From the human T2T-CHM13v2.0 reference genome, Homo sapiens: 64,000 bases of DNA. Of the stretch, positions 59,992 to 64,000 are shown one piece after another. The notes under the pieces were generated by a model, which was given only the letters and a program-made list of their open reading frames with translations, made no database searches and had not been told where the DNA came from. The DNA is taken from the NCBI RefSeq assembly GCF_009914755.1, contig NC_060929.1; one strand, written 5' to 3'. Position 1 is the stretch's first letter, and each line of letters opens with the position of its first letter. The translations under genes were made by a program, and so were the position numbers.

Positions 59992-62900
59992 CTGTATGGA
60001 GAGAAAAATCAAAGGCGATCTCTGAGTCATTGGCATCAGGCCTCCCTTCCTTCCCCTCAGCCGTGGAGGCGCCAGGCATTCAGTCATAAAGAGGGGTTAG
60101 GTCTAGTTCCGGTGAACCCTGCTTTCCCTCCCACACCACAGAGCAGGAGGCACCCCAGCAGCTCCCGATGTCGGGAAACACATGCATAGGAGTGTTTCTG
60201 CCACTCGCTAGTCTTGAGCCCTTGGGCCTGTCACTGAAGTACGCTGAGCCTCAGGTGTCCCATCTCTAAACTGGGATCATAACTGCTACCTCCCAGCTGT
60301 GGGGAGATTATAGACCCTGGGGCTGGAGTGCCTGCTGGCACAGCATCTGCCCCAGTGGGTGGCCATTCCGTCTGGAAGTCAGTATTCACTAGAGGCAGAG
60401 TGGCCTGCCTATCCCTTCCCAGGAGTGGGCATGGCTGCTAAGCCTTGTCCGTCTTTCCTTCAGAATACTGGTTTTCTCTATGATGCTGGATGCAGAATAG
60501 GTTACTATGTCTCTCTCATGAAGGGCCTTGAGTAGGGAAATAAACTGAATTAACTACTCAGTGGTTTGACTCATGGGTGTGAGCAAACACTGTCCTTGCC
60601 TCCACCGTCACCATTCCTCCTGCAGCACCATCACGTGCAGCCATCACTGAGAGTCTTCTCAGCACTTGCCCCCGATAGCCACTACACAGGCCCTACTCAC
60701 TCCCTTCCTCTCTGACCCCACCCCTTGTGCAGCAGCCCAGGTTCACCAGCAGGCTGCTGATTTCCCTTGGACCGTGATAAACACTGATGGGTCTGGGTCA
60801 CCTACAACCAAGTTTGCACAGCCTGTTCCAGAGTGCTGCTTTTGTTGACTCTCTGACTTCTTGGATTTTGGCAGCTCCCCACTCCCTGACCTACAAAGAT
60901 TTTATCTGATCATAACTTGTGCTTCTAGGACTTGCTCTCTGGTCTGTTTAGAACTCTAGTGCTTGCCATAGGCCTTCTGCTTATCTTCCCTCTGCAGCCT
61001 GGTGTCTCATGGCCAGACCTGGCCTGACCAGTCTTGTTACTGCCCACACTGAGGTGGGGACCTGAGGTAGGTGGGATGGAGGCTAACATCTGTGCTCGTC
61101 AGCCCAGGTTCTTCCCCAGGTTCTCCTCGGGTTAATACAATGTCCTTGGGGTTCCCATGTCCTGAATGTTCCTTCCTCTATTCTCTGCATTACCCATCAC
61201 TGCTTTTTTTTAATGCCTCATTTTCAATGGCACCTCTTCTGAGAGGTTCTCATGGAATACCTGATCTAAAGGAGGTGATTTCTCTTGTAATTTGTCTCAG
61301 CTCCTCTTCTGTTTTCATCCCACAAAGCTAAACTGCAGAGCAACTTTGATTGATTTTGTCCATCCTTTCTACTATCCATCACTGCCATGAAAGCAGAGCC
61401 TGCCCTGCCCTGCCCTGTTCCGCATCACACCATGGATCCCTAGCACAGGGACAGACACAGTGTAGATGGCCATTATGAAGCTGTTGAATCAACATTGAAT
61501 TATGAGAAAATGCCAGCTGGGAGGGCTCCCAGTGGGCTAAAGAGATCTCCAGTAATCATAGGATAAAGAATGTGCTTCTTTACCCTCTGAATCCTTCCAT
61601 CAATGATCTCATTGGCAGTCTTGGCTGAGGAAACAAGTCACCAAGAAAGGGTATCCCTTGCTGTAAGGTATATTTTCATCTGGCTCTTCTCTCTGAAGGG
61701 TAAAAGACCATGCTGTCTTTCTGGCTATGGTGGAATAGCCATGATTCTAGGGCTGTGGTTGAGGAAAGAAAATTCCTCACGACTTTTCAGTAGACATAGA
61801 CCCCAAATACTGCTCCCCTTTATTCCTCTGATTGGCAGATTTCACCAAGTCACCTGACTTCAAACATTGGTCTGTATTTTGGAAACACATGGGCCCATGT
61901 GATGAGGGGACAGATTGATGCTCTGGTACTTCCATAAATCAAGTGTGTTTAGATTATCAGAAATAAGCAATACTTGCCAACAGCTTCCCAAAAGTGCAAA
62001 TTAAAAACTTTGTTTTCCTGCCACACAGTAAGCACACAAAGAAAAACAGTAACAGCAAACTTAAAATTTGCCATAGAACAAATGAGAAAGCATGCTAATA
62101 GCTTCCACTCAAAGCAACTATTTGTCTGACAAAATAAATTTCCAGGAAATAGCCCATAGTTAAAACAAGAGTACTTTTTATTAGGAAAAGGGGATTTAAA
62201 AGACATAAGCATAAAATGAGATTTTACTTTTTTATTTTCTATTTGTTGCTATAATCTGTTATTCCTAAATTTATTTTTCAAATTAGCATTACTCTTTTGT
62301 CAAGAGCATGTGCACATTCAGTGGGAAATAAAATTTATTAATATGCTGAAGTCAGTAATAAGGGAAGACACTCACTAAATCTATCATTATTCTATTCCAT
62401 TTTCAAAAGAGCCTCTGATTCTGTTAGCAAGAGGGAAGTGACAGCATATTAAGTCACTCCAGTCCTAACGCTCTTTTGCTTTTGTGTGCTGAATGACAAT
62501 TGTTATGTTATATTCATTTTCTTATTGCCTGAGAGGAAGGCCGTTTGTATTCCTGTTTTCCTAATGTAAAGCCTGCGAACCAGACTGACGACAAGAGGCA
62601 GGCTAATGAGAACAGAAAGACTGGTAAATGCCCTGTTGAAACCAAACAGGTCTGATAGTATCCAGTTACCACATCACTACATCAGTTTGTTTAATTCCTG
62701 TGATTTGCACAGCAAATTGAGTTAGAATGAAAAATATCCTTAGCTTACTGGGGCCACTGGCAGAGGTAAAATGAAATCAAAACCTTTTCTTTCTTGTGCT
62801 ATTTTTGATTTATGAAATCCTAGTACACTTCCCAGGCTGAACTTCTACAGAGTATTCAGAGAAGTATAGCACAACTAACAAACACAGGATTGGGGGACTA

Positions 62901-63134
62901 ACAGACCAACTCCATCTATGACCCTGGCATCAAGTGGCTATGTGACTGCAGATTAATCACTGCACTTCTCTAAGGCTCCATTTCTCCATTGGTATTCAAA
63001 AGAGGATAAACTAGATGATTAAACTATCCCAGCATTCTAGAGTGTCATAAATGTATGAGATCACTGAGTTTGTGCTCTGTTTTGATTTCAGAATACTTTC
63101 TTCCTCTCAAAGTTATACATCAAATACTAAATTG

Positions 63135-63270
63135 GGATACGGAAGGAATTCCTTTCCAGCCTTTTCCTAAACACATTCATAAGACCCTTAAAATAATTCT
63201 TTCTGAAATATGGAAAGAATTCCTTTCTGGCCTTATGCTAAACACATTCATAAGACCCTTAAAATAATTC
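63135..63270. repeat. Two-copy tandem repeat, period 71 bp
   Basis: Identical 33 bp core ctaaacacattcataagacccttaaaataattc at 63167-63199 and 63238-63270. Confidence 0.9.
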
Positions 63271-64000
63271 GAAGATCAGATAGTTGTAGGTGTGTGGTCT
63301 TATTTCTGGGTTCTCTATTCTGATCTGTTGGCCCATGTGTCTGTTTTTTACCAGTACCATGCTGTTTTGGTTACTGTAGCCCTGTAGTATACTTTGAAGT
63401 CTCTTAGGCTGATGCCTCCACCTTTGTTCTTAAGCAATTACAATAGAAGCAAAAATTGACAAATGGGATCTATTAAACTAAAGAGCTCCTGTACAGCAAA
63501 AGAAACTATCAACAGAGTAAACAGACAATCTACAGAATGGGAGAAAACTTTTGCAAACTATGCATCTGACAAAGCTCTAATATCCAACATCTCTAAGGAA
63601 GTTAAATTTATACAAAAAACAAAAAACAAAAAACAAACAACCATATAAAAAAGTGAGCAAAGGACATGAACAGACACTTTTCAAAAAAAGACATACACGC
63701 GGTCAACAATCACATGAAAAAAAGCTCAATATCACTGATCATTAGAGAAATGCAAATCAAAACCACAATGAGATACCATTTCACATCTGTCAGAGTGGCT
63801 ATTATTAAAAAGTAAAAAAATAACAGATGCTGATGAGGTTGTGGAGAAAAAGGAATGCTTATATACTGCTGGTGGGAGAGTATATTAGTTCAGCCATTGT
63901 GAAAGACAGTGTGGTGATTCCTCAAGACCTAAAGACAGAAATACTATTTGACCAAGCAGTCCCATTACTGGGTATATACCCAAAGGAATATAAATTATTC
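63271..64000 (+). mobile_element. 5'-inverted, truncated L1 (older L1PA/L1PB) running off the window
   Basis: 63271-63431 is reverse-complement ORF2. From ~63432 onward it is forward ORF2 (aaaattgacaaatgggatc...). Confidence 0.88.

Noticed and set aside
60000-63130. A further upstream ADAMTS12 exon
   Set aside because: I found no Cys/Trp-rich TSP1 frame with splice sites, so the next exon presumably lies beyond the window.

Overview
This is primate DNA, very likely human, and not microbial. It is dense in Alu, L1 and LTR repeats. The right half holds the 3' end of ADAMTS12 on the minus strand: four coding exons with verified GT-AG boundaries and phases (59815-59991, 56667-56810, 45441-45600, 37796-37974) encoding the last TSP1 repeats and the PLAC domain, plus a ~3.65 kb 3' UTR ending near an AATAAA at 34155-34160. 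The left half is intergenic. It contains a full-length, TSD-flanked TOMM40 processed pseudogene (12552-14266), a solo LTR12C and many nested LTRs and Alus. A full-length decayed L1PA (about PA6) sits antisense in ADAMTS12, only 27 nt from a splice donor. I see no new gene family or novel multi-gene system, and nearly all ORFs in the supplied track are repeat-derived noise. The best leads are: (1) a possible L1 antisense-promoter/ORF0 chimera that would splice in frame to the last ADAMTS12 exons; (2) a ~235 bp local copy that preserves the empty insertion site of the TOMM40 retrocopy; (3) tandem miR-29 8mers plus a let-7 8mer in the UTR; (4) several small template-switch scars. Repeat subfamily names come from my memory of consensus sequences, and their coordinates are approximate unless a TSD is quoted.
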